Shown here one piece after another: positions 1-8,641 of a stretch of 37,006 bases of DNA. This stretch comes from a virus. Taxonomy: Duplodnaviria; Caudoviricetes. Within the stretch, counting starts at the first letter, position 1. Each line of letters opens with the position of its first letter. The position numbers and the translations under genes are program-made. Where the stretch lies: the IMG/VR virus record IMGVR_UViG_3300030372_002858, positions 1 to 37,006 of that record; one strand, given 5' to 3'. The notes under the pieces were generated by a model. It saw only the letters and a list, made by a program, of their open reading frames with translations. It was not told the DNA's origin and did no database searches.

Positions 1-166
1 TGCCCCCATGTTTGCGTACCTCCGTGCAGCATTGCCCCCACGTTGCGGGCTTCCGCGCCCCCACGCTTGCGTGTTCTACGGGGTTTTCGATGGAGTAATA
101 AGGAGTACCCCCTTATTGTTCGGTTGCTTTTTCACCCTCTTGTGCATCCGCGCCCCCACGCTTGCG
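1..166 (+). repeat. Terminal direct repeat, left copy
   Basis: Matches 36841-37006 except C79/T36919 and C154/T36994. Confidence 0.97.
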
Positions 167-168
167 TG
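2..168 (+). repeat. Short repeats GCCCCCAYG(Y)TTGCG x4 within the terminal repeat
   Basis: Copies start at 2, 34, 57 and 152; exact 22-mer TCCGCGCCCCCACGCTTGCGTG at 52-73 and 147-168. Confidence 0.85.
97..117. promoter_or_regulatory. Dyad AATAAGG-N7-CCTTATT (same core as the two late-promoter dyads)
   Basis: Perfect 7-bp inverted repeat with a 7-nt spacer; core TAAGG-N7-CCTTA also at 6368-6386 and 8957-8975. Confidence 0.55.
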
Positions 169-176
169 CCTATTGC

Positions 177-455
177 TTACTCAACGAAGTAAGTTGCGGT
201 AACCACGTTCTCTTCATCCTCTGTAAACTCGGGGTGGCAATCGAGATCGAGTCCTTGGTTTGCCATAGCATCGCTCAATTGGTAGTAGAACTTTTGTTTT
301 ACTCGCACTTCGAGTTCCACGGCATCCGGGTAGTACACTCCGGGTGACGCTTCTTCATCACTTGGCTCGAAGTGTATGACTTTGACACTCTCGGCAAATT
401 CTTGTGCTACGGTATATCCTGTGACGTATTGGTAATCTTCGGGTTGTATGTCCAT
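177..455 (-). CDS. Small acidic hypothetical protein
   Basis: 92-aa ORF with ATG start, protein-like and D/E-rich, co-oriented with the upstream HNH gene. Confidence 0.75.
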   Translation of the reverse strand: MDIQPEDYQYVTGYTVAQEFAESVKVIHFEPSDEEASPGVYYPDAVELEVRVKQKFYYQLSDAMANQGLDLDCHPEFTEDEENVVTATYFVE

Positions 456-543
456 TATTTTATTGGTTTGTGTTTATTCTTTCCTTTGGGGTGGCCATGC
501 TTGACCTCGGGCCACCCTTGGTCGTACAGGCGAGCTAGAGTGG

Positions 544-1143
544 TTATCCACTCGTAGTCTTGTCTATTGGCTTGTACATCTTGTATCCTTGGTTGAGCAC
601 GACCTCTTTGCACAGGTCTATGAATTCCTCGTCCGTCAGATGACCCTTTGCCTGGTTTGCTTCTGTGCATAGTATTTGTAGATTGTTTATGGTATTGTCT
701 CCGCCTCGCGCGATTGGGACGATATGGTCGTATTGATAGTCTTCGGGATTGTTCCAGTTTAGTGGTCTTCCGGTCAGTGCGCATGGGAAGTGGTCACCGA
801 ATTTTGCGTGTACGTCTTTATAGTTGAAAGTCATGGTCTTTTGGAACTGGTGCGCTTTTTGGGATATTGCCTTTGAGATTTGGCGTTTTGATTTATGAGC
901 GTACCAGGGTGGTTTGTTTTGTGATGGTATGCGTGGATTCCTGAAGTGCCATACGCGCTTTACGTGGAGCATTACAGGGTTATTTTCGCGTTGTCGGGCT
1001 TCTCGCTCCCTTACTCTTTTCTTTCCGCCCGGGGATACGTGGTATGAGATTGTTGATTTCGAGCACCCTAGGGCATCTACTATCTTGTCATATGAATATC
1101 CTTGGTTTCTCAGGGCAATGATCTTTGGCCCTAGCCCGCTCAC
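544..1143 (-). CDS. HNH endonuclease with N-terminal helix-turn-helix
   Basis: [33 protein letters not shown] motif; N-terminal [24 protein letters not shown]; 4-bp GTGA overlap with the upstream gene. Confidence 0.9.
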   Translation of the reverse strand: MSGLGPKIIALRNQGYSYDKIVDALGCSKSTISYHVSPGGKKRVREREARQRENNPVMLHVKRVWHFRNPRIPSQNKPPWYAHKSKRQISKAISQKAHQFQKTMTFNYKDVHAKFGDHFPCALTGRPLNWNNPEDYQYDHIVPIARGGDNTINNLQILCTEANQAKGHLTDEEFIDLCKEVVLNQGYKMYKPIDKTTSG

Positions 1144-1658
1144 TTTTGGTCTATATCAACTACCTTTTGTTCCGATGCCTCGGTTGGTTGTTCCTTTACG
1201 GTTTTCGATGCACCCTTTAGGATTGTGCGCACTTGATCGGGTGACATGTCTGATGCTCCCAGGGTAACGTTTGCTGATGCGGTAATGTTTGACGGTCTGC
1301 CTGAGACGGTCAGGAATTTTTCCATGAGTACGGCCACTGCATACGCTAGGTTTTGGGGTGGGATCTCATCGAGCTTTGAGTGTAGGGTATTGAGGGCATC
1401 CGAAACCATGCGTGAGAGTTTGCTATTCACTTGGTTTAGGAACTCTTGCTCGGTCATGTCTAAGCGGTAGCGCAGGAAGTTTGCGACTGACGTTCTGAGT
1501 TCGGGATCTAACTTTCTTAGTTCGCGAGCTTCTTGGGTAACGTTTGATTGTTTCGATGCGATCTTTGCGGCAGAGTCTATAATTTTATTCTTTGTCATAT
1601 CGTCGCAGAACCCCCTTACTGAGTTAGGTTTTTTACGTCTTCGGTATATCCTAGGCAT
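1140..1658 (-). CDS. Probable terminase small subunit-like protein
   Basis: Helical protein with [17 protein letters not shown] and a VVDID-type C-terminal tail typical of TerS; lies near the terminus and the HNH gene; ATG 1658 chosen because the 1697 start overlaps the divergent gene. Confidence 0.5.
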   Translation of the reverse strand: MPRIYRRRKKPNSVRGFCDDMTKNKIIDSAAKIASKQSNVTQEARELRKLDPELRTSVANFLRYRLDMTEQEFLNQVNSKLSRMVSDALNTLHSKLDEIPPQNLAYAVAVLMEKFLTVSGRPSNITASANVTLGASDMSPDQVRTILKGASKTVKEQPTEASEQKVVDIDQK

Positions 1659-1685
1659 GTGCTTTTGCCTTTTTACGTATTTTTG

Positions 1686-1720
1686 TTGACATGGCAATAC
1701 AAAAAGCTACGGATGTAGTC
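1686..1720 (+). promoter_or_regulatory. Putative promoter/operator in the divergent intergenic region
   Basis: TTGACA at 1686-1691, then 16 nt ending AAAGC-TAC (same layout as the early promoter at 35714); AGCTAC-N4-GTAGTC near-dyad. Confidence 0.45.
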
Positions 1721-1723
1721 GTG

Positions 1724-2179
1724 ATGGAAATTGATGTGGCAAAGGAAATACTTGAGAAAGCGGGTATCGGGCGTGATGAATTTGCGGAGATGGTTGGGGT
1801 AAAACCCGTAACCATGCGCATGACCTTTTACAATGGGCGGTTTAGCAAGAAAGCGGTTGCCAAGCTTGAGGAATTGGCCGGGGAAGCTCGGGAAGCTGAT
1901 GACATTGACGAGGTGACTGAGATGATTAGGGAAGCGCAGGAGGTCAAGGCTGGCATGATCCGGCAGAGCATGGGCACGCCCATCGAGGCTATTGGCACTG
2001 TATATTTAGTCCCTAGGAATCCGTATTGGCGAATGGTCGAGTTTAGTGACGGCACGCATGGGAAGTTCCGCGCGCAAGCGGGCAAGTTTTTATTGGGCGC
2101 GAAGGTCAAGCTTCGCAAGGTCAAGGGTGACGAGTGGGAGTTGTGCGGGGAGTATGACAGGAAGGATAGATTGGTATGA
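1724..2179 (+). CDS. Hypothetical protein with N-terminal XRE-like HTH
   Basis: LEKAGIGRDEFAEMVGVKPVTMR HTH pattern; ATG 1724 preferred over 1691, which lies inside the putative -35. Confidence 0.7.
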   Translation: MEIDVAKEILEKAGIGRDEFAEMVGVKPVTMRMTFYNGRFSKKAVAKLEELAGEAREADDIDEVTEMIREAQEVKAGMIRQSMGTPIEAIGTVYLVPRNPYWRMVEFSDGTHGKFRAQAGKFLLGAKVKLRKVKGDEWELCGEYDRKDRLV

Positions 2180-2733
2180 ACGCGACTAATGCAGAAATTA
2201 AAATTACTCGGGACTGGGCAATGCCTAATTCGAATACCTTTAGTATTCTGCCTATAAAAGAACTCATAAGGAAGTATATAGGGACGGGCGTTATTGTTGA
2301 CCCATTTGTGCGTAATTCACCATTCAAGAAACAAAGTGTGAGCAATGATCTTGATACTGAAATAGAAGCTGATTACCACATGGATGCTTTAGATTTTCTA
2401 AAGCGATTTGGGGATAAGGAAGTTGACCTCGTACTATTTGATCCGCCTTATTCGCCACGACAAGTTTCGGAATGCTATCGTAAAATGGCAAAGACCGTGA
2501 ACATGCAGACAACGCAATCGTCTTTTTGGGGTAACCTTAAAAAAGAGATAGGGCGCATCTTAAATTATGGGGGAATTTGTATTTCATGTGGCTGGAATAG
2601 CGGTGGTATTGGGAGAAAGTTAGGTTTTGAAATCGAAGAGCTTTTGCTCGTCGCTCACGGAAGCTGGCATAATGATACAATAGTAACCGTGGAGCGCAAG
2701 AGTGCTAATACTCAAATGGAGATGTTTGCATAG
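2176..2733 (+). CDS. Small amino (N6-adenine/N4-cytosine) DNA methyltransferase
   Basis: VDLVLFDPPYSPRQ catalytic motif IV, degenerate motif I VDPF, MDALDFL; visibly AT-richer than its flanks. Confidence 0.85.
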   Translation: MNATNAEIKITRDWAMPNSNTFSILPIKELIRKYIGTGVIVDPFVRNSPFKKQSVSNDLDTEIEADYHMDALDFLKRFGDKEVDLVLFDPPYSPRQVSECYRKMAKTVNMQTTQSSFWGNLKKEIGRILNYGGICISCGWNSGGIGRKLGFEIEELLLVAHGSWHNDTIVTVERKSANTQMEMFA

Positions 2734-3536
2734 TGTGGATAATCCCCAAAACGTTATCAGCTTTTGTACCGGATACGGAGGGCTTGAACTTGGAATTAGA
2801 CGAGCAGGCGTGGATATTAGAACGATCTGTTACTGCGAGCGGGAAAGTTATGTCCAAGCAGTATTGGTTAAGGCAATTGAAGAAGGGCGGATGGATACCG
2901 CACCTATATGGTCTGATGTTGCGACCTTCCCTTCATCGACGTTTCGAGGAAAAGTACACGGACTCACTTGCGGGTATCCGTGCCAACCGTTCAGTTCAGC
3001 GGGCAAGCGAAAAGGGGAAGAAGACCCAAGGCACTTGTGGCCTAGAATCAGAGAACACGCACGGACAATTGGAGTTCGATGGATTTTTGCCGAAAACGTC
3101 GAGGGGCATATTTCGCTTGGATTGTCCACAGTCATCAGCGACCTGGAGGAAGATGGTTACCAAGTGGCGGCAGGAATATTCTCAGCGGAGGAAGTCGGCG
3201 CTCCGCACAGAAGAAAAAGGGTTTTTATCTTGGGCAACTCCGCAAGCGAGCGACCACGTGGAAGGCGCAAGGACGTCATTGGCATCCAATCAGAAGTGCT
3301 TGGGCAGGGATCTCAAGATGTGGCCCAGCCCAAGAGCGGGAAACCCGGGGAGTCGCAAGCCCGGGACGGGAGGCAAGGTCTTGGCGGAGGAAGCGAAGAG
3401 ACACGCTGGCCTGCTCGACCAGGCGAGCAACAGTATGAATGGGAGTTACCGCGAACAATTGTCACCCGATTGGGTGGAAAGCCTTATGGGTCTCCCTATA
3501 GGAACAAGCGACTTGCGCTCTTGGGGAACGGAGTAG
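2733..3536 (+). CDS. C5-methyltransferase beta chain in an overlapping frame (TRD-like WxTP/WPSP units plus motif IX)
   Basis: 267-aa stop-free ORF nested in the alpha gene; ends QLSPDWVESLMGLP, a motif-IX-like segment exactly where alpha lacks it; WATPQASD and WPSPRAG units. Confidence 0.8.
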   Translation: MWIIPKTLSAFVPDTEGLNLELDEQAWILERSVTASGKVMSKQYWLRQLKKGGWIPHLYGLMLRPSLHRRFEEKYTDSLAGIRANRSVQRASEKGKKTQGTCGLESENTHGQLEFDGFLPKTSRGIFRLDCPQSSATWRKMVTKWRQEYSQRRKSALRTEEKGFLSWATPQASDHVEGARTSLASNQKCLGRDLKMWPSPRAGNPGSRKPGTGGKVLAEEAKRHAGLLDQASNSMNGSYREQLSPDWVESLMGLPIGTSDLRSWGTE

Positions 3537-3604
3537 TCCCGCAAACGGCAGAACTGGCATGGCGAACTTTATGGAAGGAACTAAATGAACGAGATGGAGG
3601 TTAA
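2735..3604 (+). CDS. C5-cytosine DNA methyltransferase, alpha chain (motifs I-VIII and X, lacks IX)
   Basis: FCTGYGG (I), GYPCQPFS (IV), ENV (VI), HRRKRVFI (VIII), LALLGNGVVP (X); likely GTG start at 2735. Confidence 0.92.
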   Translation: MDNPQNVISFCTGYGGLELGIRRAGVDIRTICYCERESYVQAVLVKAIEEGRMDTAPIWSDVATFPSSTFRGKVHGLTCGYPCQPFSSAGKRKGEEDPRHLWPRIREHARTIGVRWIFAENVEGHISLGLSTVISDLEEDGYQVAAGIFSAEEVGAPHRRKRVFILGNSASERPRGRRKDVIGIQSEVLGQGSQDVAQPKSGKPGESQARDGRQGLGGGSEETRWPARPGEQQYEWELPRTIVTRLGGKPYGSPYRNKRLALLGNGVVPQTAELAWRTLWKELNERDGG

Positions 3605-3607
3605 CTG

Positions 3608-3874
3608 ATGGGACAATTCATGGGATGGGCGAGTTACGATTTGAAAACGCGGTGCGAGGATTGCGGAGAAGAAGGATTGCGCGAGGACATGGATGACCAT
3701 GAGCTTCATTGCAGTGCTAGGAATATCGAGAGCAAATGGAAGAAACGAATTACGCGAATCCGCTTGAGCGAAGAACCATACCCCGAGGCGGAGATTCAAT
3801 GCGAAGATTGCGAGCAAGTGTGGCAGGATACGGAAGACCCGACTTGTCTTTGCGAAGAGGGAGACGATGAGTGA
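3608..3874 (+). CDS. Cys-rich (CEDC x2) putative zinc-binding protein
   Basis: GGAGG RBS; CEDC..H..HC and CEDC..CLC. Confidence 0.75.
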   Translation: MGQFMGWASYDLKTRCEDCGEEGLREDMDDHELHCSARNIESKWKKRITRIRLSEEPYPEAEIQCEDCEQVWQDTEDPTCLCEEGDDE

Positions 3875-4062
3875 AGGGACAACTTACTTCGGAGGAAGGC
3901 TTGGCTGGGTGGGAACGCTTTTGGCGGAACACTCGGGTCATACGTTTCGAGGTTGGCCCGGATGGAGAGAAACGTGCCGTGCGTTCGGACGAACCGCGCA
4001 AGATGCCGAAGAACGATTGTCACGTGGATTTTCGAAGGAAGGGGCGCAAGCGCAAGCGATGA
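3871..4062 (+). CDS. Hypothetical protein
   Basis: GTGA/ATGA 4-bp overlaps with both neighbours. Confidence 0.6.
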   Translation: MKGQLTSEEGLAGWERFWRNTRVIRFEVGPDGEKRAVRSDEPRKMPKNDCHVDFRRKGRKRKR

Positions 4063-4238
4063 GCCAAGCGAGCAGACAGTGCACGCATGAGTTCAAAGCG
4101 CTGTTCCATCGTTGGGAACAGGAGAGCGACCTCGAACAGGTTGACATTTTGGATTGTTTGAAGGATGCGCTCGACGAGTATTACAAGGAAGACGTCGTGG
4201 ATTTCGAGAGCGAGATTGATTTGGAGGATGATGGATGA
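4059..4238 (+). CDS. Small acidic hypothetical protein (MSQASRQCTHEF...)
   Basis: ATGA overlap at 4059; corresponds to the 3' half of track ORF 3867..4238. Confidence 0.7.
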   Translation: MSQASRQCTHEFKALFHRWEQESDLEQVDILDCLKDALDEYYKEDVVDFESEIDLEDDG

Positions 4239-4420
4239 ACTTATACAAGCCCAGCAAGAAGATAGGCACGTGGCCTCAAATGGTAATTCGCTTGACCAAG
4301 GAGCGTGACGAATTGGTTGCGAAGAACAAGAAGCTCGAAGAGGAGAACATGGGACTGAAACGCAGATGTTGCGATCTTTGGAAGGAAGTCACGGAGGAGC
4401 GTGCAAGGAATGATACGTGA
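4235..4420 (+). CDS. Coiled-coil hypothetical protein
   Basis: GGAGG RBS, ATGA overlap, heptad pattern. Confidence 0.75.
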   Translation: MNLYKPSKKIGTWPQMVIRLTKERDELVAKNKKLEEENMGLKRRCCDLWKEVTEERARNDT

Positions 4421-4623
4421 GATGCCCAAAGGGAGTGAATCCGGAATTTTGGCACAAATACGGAAGAGCGATACCACTTTCCGTTCGGAGCTTACCACGG
4501 TGCGACTTGAGAACCCTCGGGCCACCATGCTCGAAATTCGACCGCGAGACGTTGGAGAGGATACGGAGGGATGGACGGTTGGGCCGGAAGAAATCCAAGT
4601 CGAAACGCTCGAAGAAGCGATAA
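4417..4623 (+). CDS. Basic hypothetical protein
   Basis: GTGA overlap with the upstream gene; an alternative-frame ORF competes with it (see findings). Confidence 0.5.
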   Translation: MRCPKGVNPEFWHKYGRAIPLSVRSLPRCDLRTLGPPCSKFDRETLERIRRDGRLGRKKSKSKRSKKR

Positions 4624-4651
4624 TCCTAGGCATGGAGATACAGGCTAGGGA

Positions 4652-6340
4652 ATGCCCAAGATAACCTACACTGACGAGGTAGACGCGAGGTTTGGCATCC
4701 CGTGGACTGATGACCTGAAGTACGACAAGGGCGAGCTTGTATGCGCGTTGAGCGAGGAAGAGATTGATCGCTTGACTATCGAAGACCCCGAGCGTGCGGA
4801 GACGCTCACTCGCTTATTGATGGATCAACCTGGTAGCGAGAAGGAAGACCCGATCCAATGGGGATGGACTCTGCCCGGTTGGAGACGGGTAATGGAACGG
4901 TTCGACAAGGACAAGATCCACGTGATACTCGGAGGAAACCGGTCATCAAAGACGATGATGGCATCTCGTATGCTCGTACACTTGGCTCAGACAATTCCCG
5001 AAGCTGAGATTCGATCCATGCACGTCACGGAGGAGCGCAGTATTCAAGATGCTCAAAAGACAATTTGGCAAAACTTGCCCATGCGGTACAAGCGGAGCAA
5101 GAAGAAGAGCGCAACACATAGCTTGCAATATAATCAGAAGAACGGGTTCAATTCGGCAAAGGCAATCTTGCCACCGACCATTGCAGGCGCGGAGCGCGGG
5201 AGCACGATCTATTTTAATAACTACAGGCAGTACATGGCAGACCCGCAAATCTTCGAGGGTTGGTCTGCTCATGCAATCCATCTTGATGAAGAAGTACCTC
5301 AAAATATTTTCGAGACGCTCTTAGGGCGCACCGCAGACTACCACGGGCGGTTGATTTTGACGTTCACCACGCTCCAAGGGTGGACTCCGCTGATCAACAG
5401 TTTACTCAAGGGTGCGGAGACGGTAAGGACGCGATATAGCGAACTCCTGCAAAGAGAATTACCTATTGAGCAAATCTCGGTCAATTGGCCTGACTGTCGG
5501 ATTCATTACTTTTGGAGCGAGCAAACCCCGTTCATTGATTACAAGGAACTGGTACGCACTTACTCCAAGCAACCGCTCGAAACAAAACTTGCTCGCCTGT
5601 ACGGGATACCGTCCAAGTCATTCGAGGGACGCTTTCCAAAATTTACCCGAGAGACTAACGTTATCGAGCATGAGAAGATTCCGTTCATTGCCGATCCGTC
5701 GATCAACGCAACCAGGTATTTCATATGCGACCCCGGAGGCTCGAAGCCTTGGGTTGCGATTTGGGCGGGAGTCATGGAAGACGGGAGGATATATATATAC
5801 CGCGAGTTCCCCGATCAAACCATGGGTGGCCCGTGGGCATTGCCCCACGTCAACGGAGCGGGCAAGAGCGTGGGCAAGCCCGGCCCTGGACAGAAACCGC
5901 TCGGTTGGGGATACGTTCAATACCGCGACCACTTCGAGGACTTGGAGGGTGGGGAAGATATATTCGAGCGAATAGTTGACCCGCGAATGGGATCGGCCAC
6001 CGTTCGAACAAAGGAGGGAGAATCCAATATCATTAACACGATGAGCAATCTCGGATTCGCATTTCGCTCAGCGCCGGGTGTGGACATCGAAGCAGGGATT
6101 GCAAAGATTAACGATGCCCTGAGTTGGGACGATACCGAGCCGATGACCGAGGACAATACGCCCAAACTGTTCGTGAGCGATAGGTGCGAGAATACGATTT
6201 CCTCGATGATCGAGTATAGCGGGCAGAGCAGGACTGAGCACTGGAAAGATCAGATCGATTGTATCCGATACTTAATGGTTAGCGGGCCTGAGCATATTAC
6301 CGATGCGAAACTCGCGGCAACGGGTGGCGGTTCATATTGA
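4652..6340 (+). CDS. terL: Terminase large subunit
   Basis: Walker A GGNRSSKT, Walker B IHLDEE, coupling motif TFTT, RNase H-like FICDPGG, C-terminal HWKDQIDCIRY. Confidence 0.93.
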   Translation: MPKITYTDEVDARFGIPWTDDLKYDKGELVCALSEEEIDRLTIEDPERAETLTRLLMDQPGSEKEDPIQWGWTLPGWRRVMERFDKDKIHVILGGNRSSKTMMASRMLVHLAQTIPEAEIRSMHVTEERSIQDAQKTIWQNLPMRYKRSKKKSATHSLQYNQKNGFNSAKAILPPTIAGAERGSTIYFNNYRQYMADPQIFEGWSAHAIHLDEEVPQNIFETLLGRTADYHGRLILTFTTLQGWTPLINSLLKGAETVRTRYSELLQRELPIEQISVNWPDCRIHYFWSEQTPFIDYKELVRTYSKQPLETKLARLYGIPSKSFEGRFPKFTRETNVIEHEKIPFIADPSINATRYFICDPGGSKPWVAIWAGVMEDGRIYIYREFPDQTMGGPWALPHVNGAGKSVGKPGPGQKPLGWGYVQYRDHFEDLEGGEDIFERIVDPRMGSATVRTKEGESNIINTMSNLGFAFRSAPGVDIEAGIAKINDALSWDDTEPMTEDNTPKLFVSDRCENTISSMIEYSGQSRTEHWKDQIDCIRYLMVSGPEHITDAKLAATGGGSY

Positions 6341-6360
6341 GACTACTATCGACTACATTA

Positions 6361-6389
6361 TTGACCCGTAAGGCGTTTTACCTTACAAT
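6361..6389 (+). promoter_or_regulatory. Sigma70-type late promoter for portal, with an embedded dyad operator
   Basis: TTGACC-17nt-TACAAT; GTAAGG-N7-CCTTAC at 6368-6386. Confidence 0.75.
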
Positions 6390-6400
6390 CTGCTACACTC

Positions 6401-8473
6401 ATGTTGAATGCCGCAGATCCCGAGTTACTCTATGCCTCGAAAGAGCCTGACATTGCGTATTTGGCTCAGACCTACAAGCAGACGCAGTCGGACTTGAGCG
6501 AATGGTTGGATCGCAGACAACGCGATTACGACGTTCGCAATTGCCAATGGGCGGGCAAATCGGATGACTTCAAGAAACATTCCTCGCTCAGTTCAACTGG
6601 TGAAGTGTTCCCTTGGGAGGGAGCTAGTGATAGCGAAGTCCGCCTTTGTGACGAGTTGATTGGTTGCCGAGTGTCGATGGTCATGAATGCGGTCAGGCGC
6701 GCTCACATCGTAGCTACCCCGACAGAGAGCAATGACGTCGAGCGTGCATCCGTAATCAGTAACTTTCTAAGATGGTTGATTAACTCCAAGATGCCGGAGT
6801 TTTATTCCGAGATCGAACTTGGACTGAACAACTTCTTTGAGAAGGGCATGATGGTACACTACGCTTGGTACGAACAACAGGAACTCAAGCAGCAACAGAC
6901 TATCAAGCTCGACGAGATCGCTCAGGTTTTGCCCGCCATCGCAGAAGCTATACAAGACGGATCGATGGACGATGAGTTGAGTGATGCCCTCAAGGAACAG
7001 TTCGGGGTGAGCAAGACCAAGGGGCGTGCCATGCTTCGCGAGTTGCGCAAGGATGGAGAGACTACCGTACCCGTCACCCGCGAGGTCGTTAGCCGACCGA
7101 AAGTCCGCGCGCTCGCTCCTGACGAAGACGTGTTTTGGCCTAACTACACGATTGATCCGCAATCCGCCCCGTACGTTTTTCACGTCGTGAACATGACCCC
7201 CGAGCAAATTCGCTCGAAGATCAATTCCGAAAACTGGGACGAAGACTTTGTCGATCAAGTCGTTGAACTAGCGGACAACGCTCAGACCAATGACAATATT
7301 TACGACTCGCGCGAAGAGGATGAATTCATGCGTGCTGACGATCAGTACGTGAGGATCGTATATTGCTATCAAAGACTTTTGGATGAGGACAACATTCCGG
7401 GCATTTACTGTACGGTCATGCACCCTGCGCTGAGCGAGGTCTACGCCAAGCATCAACTTTTAGATTATGCGCATGGACAGTACCCGTTTGTCGTGACCAC
7501 GCTGGAGAAGACTTCCAAGAGATTGTATTCTTCACGGTCATACCCCGAGCTTATCGAGTCACTCCAACAAGCGCTCAAGGTTGAGACTGACTCGGGAATA
7601 GACGCACAGTCATTGACTACTTTGCCCCCTCTCGAACATCCCCTTGGGCGTGCCCCAAGTCGGTATGGGCCGGGTGTGAGGTTGCCATATCGTACACCTG
7701 GAGAAGTTCGGTTTGCCGACACTCCGCGCGGGTCAGTCGTAAACGTGGAACTTCGCAGATACATCAAGGAACAAGCTGACAGATACTTCGGCAGGAACGC
7801 GCCTGGGGTCGATCCCATCGAGGCGCAGATGAAGCAGCAGGAAATCATTGATAAGGTATTCCAGCACCTCAAGCACGTCCTCGATCAAGTGTTCAGCTTA
7901 TACCAGCAGTACGGGCCTGACGAAGAATACTTTCGGGTCACGGGCGTGCAGGACATGCAGAAGTTTAACAAGGGACAAGCTGGTGAACGCTTTGACTTCT
8001 ACATGCAATTCGATGCCGCCTTGCAAGATCCCGCGCAAATACTGGAGCGCGTAAAGGCAATTGCCGAGCTTGGCGGTATGCTTGACAGAAATGGGGTGCT
8101 TGATACCGAGCAGTTGCTCACCATTGCAGTCGGACAAATCCTGCCAGGTGCGGCAGAGAGTGTCATGATGCCCAAGGAAACCGCATCTCAAAAAGCGATT
8201 GAAGAAGAGCGTCAGACAATCACCGAGATATATGCGGGTGTGCCTCCTAACGTTCGTCCGCAAGATGCCCATGAGATGAAGCTGCAAGTATTCCAGCAGT
8301 GGCTTGCACAACCGGACATTTCCGAAAAGGTACAACAAGACCCTGCATTGCAGGAGAGAATTTCCCAATACTTGAAACAACGCCAATTTGCCGTGACCCA
8401 GCGCCAAAACGCAGAGATCGGAAGGTTAGGTACTGCCCCGACTGAATTTGGCGAAACTCCAACGGCAGCATAG
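6401..8473 (+). CDS. Portal protein
   Basis: 690 aa directly after TerL; FPWEGASD, YAHGQYPFV and a Q-rich helical C-terminus typical of podovirus (P22-like) portals. Confidence 0.88.
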   Translation: MLNAADPELLYASKEPDIAYLAQTYKQTQSDLSEWLDRRQRDYDVRNCQWAGKSDDFKKHSSLSSTGEVFPWEGASDSEVRLCDELIGCRVSMVMNAVRRAHIVATPTESNDVERASVISNFLRWLINSKMPEFYSEIELGLNNFFEKGMMVHYAWYEQQELKQQQTIKLDEIAQVLPAIAEAIQDGSMDDELSDALKEQFGVSKTKGRAMLRELRKDGETTVPVTREVVSRPKVRALAPDEDVFWPNYTIDPQSAPYVFHVVNMTPEQIRSKINSENWDEDFVDQVVELADNAQTNDNIYDSREEDEFMRADDQYVRIVYCYQRLLDEDNIPGIYCTVMHPALSEVYAKHQLLDYAHGQYPFVVTTLEKTSKRLYSSRSYPELIESLQQALKVETDSGIDAQSLTTLPPLEHPLGRAPSRYGPGVRLPYRTPGEVRFADTPRGSVVNVELRRYIKEQADRYFGRNAPGVDPIEAQMKQQEIIDKVFQHLKHVLDQVFSLYQQYGPDEEYFRVTGVQDMQKFNKGQAGERFDFYMQFDAALQDPAQILERVKAIAELGGMLDRNGVLDTEQLLTIAVGQILPGAAESVMMPKETASQKAIEEERQTITEIYAGVPPNVRPQDAHEMKLQVFQQWLAQPDISEKVQQDPALQERISQYLKQRQFAVTQRQNAEIGRLGTAPTEFGETPTAA

Positions 8474-8485
8474 GAGGTATACACA

Positions 8486-8602
8486 ATGCCATACGGTAAA
8501 GGTACATACGGATCAAAGGTCGGCAGACCATCAAAGAAAGCAAAAACGAAGGCACGCAAGAAGATGCCCGCTAAGAAAAAAAGAATGCTCAAGAGAAGGT
8601 GA
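8486..8602 (+). CDS. 38-aa K/R-rich peptide (MPYGKGTYGSKVGRPSKK...)
   Basis: Strong AGGAGG RBS at 8472-8477; below the ORF-track length cutoff. Confidence 0.8.
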   Translation: MPYGKGTYGSKVGRPSKKAKTKARKKMPAKKKRMLKRR

Positions 8603-8641
8603 GCGCCAATTACTGGTCACGTAGAAAATGGAGTTGCTGAC

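Noticed and set aside
455-784. 109-aa R-rich ORF overlapping the HNH gene
   Set aside because: Alternative frame of the HNH coding region, with no RBS or motif
544-3604. Restriction-modification system (HNH plus two MTases)
   Set aside because: The nuclease is in a divergent operon and looks like a phage HTH-HNH; orphan protective MTases are the simpler reading
3867-4058. N-terminal extension of ORF 3867..4238
   Set aside because: The chain of 4-bp overlaps supports 3871..4062 plus 4059..4238 instead
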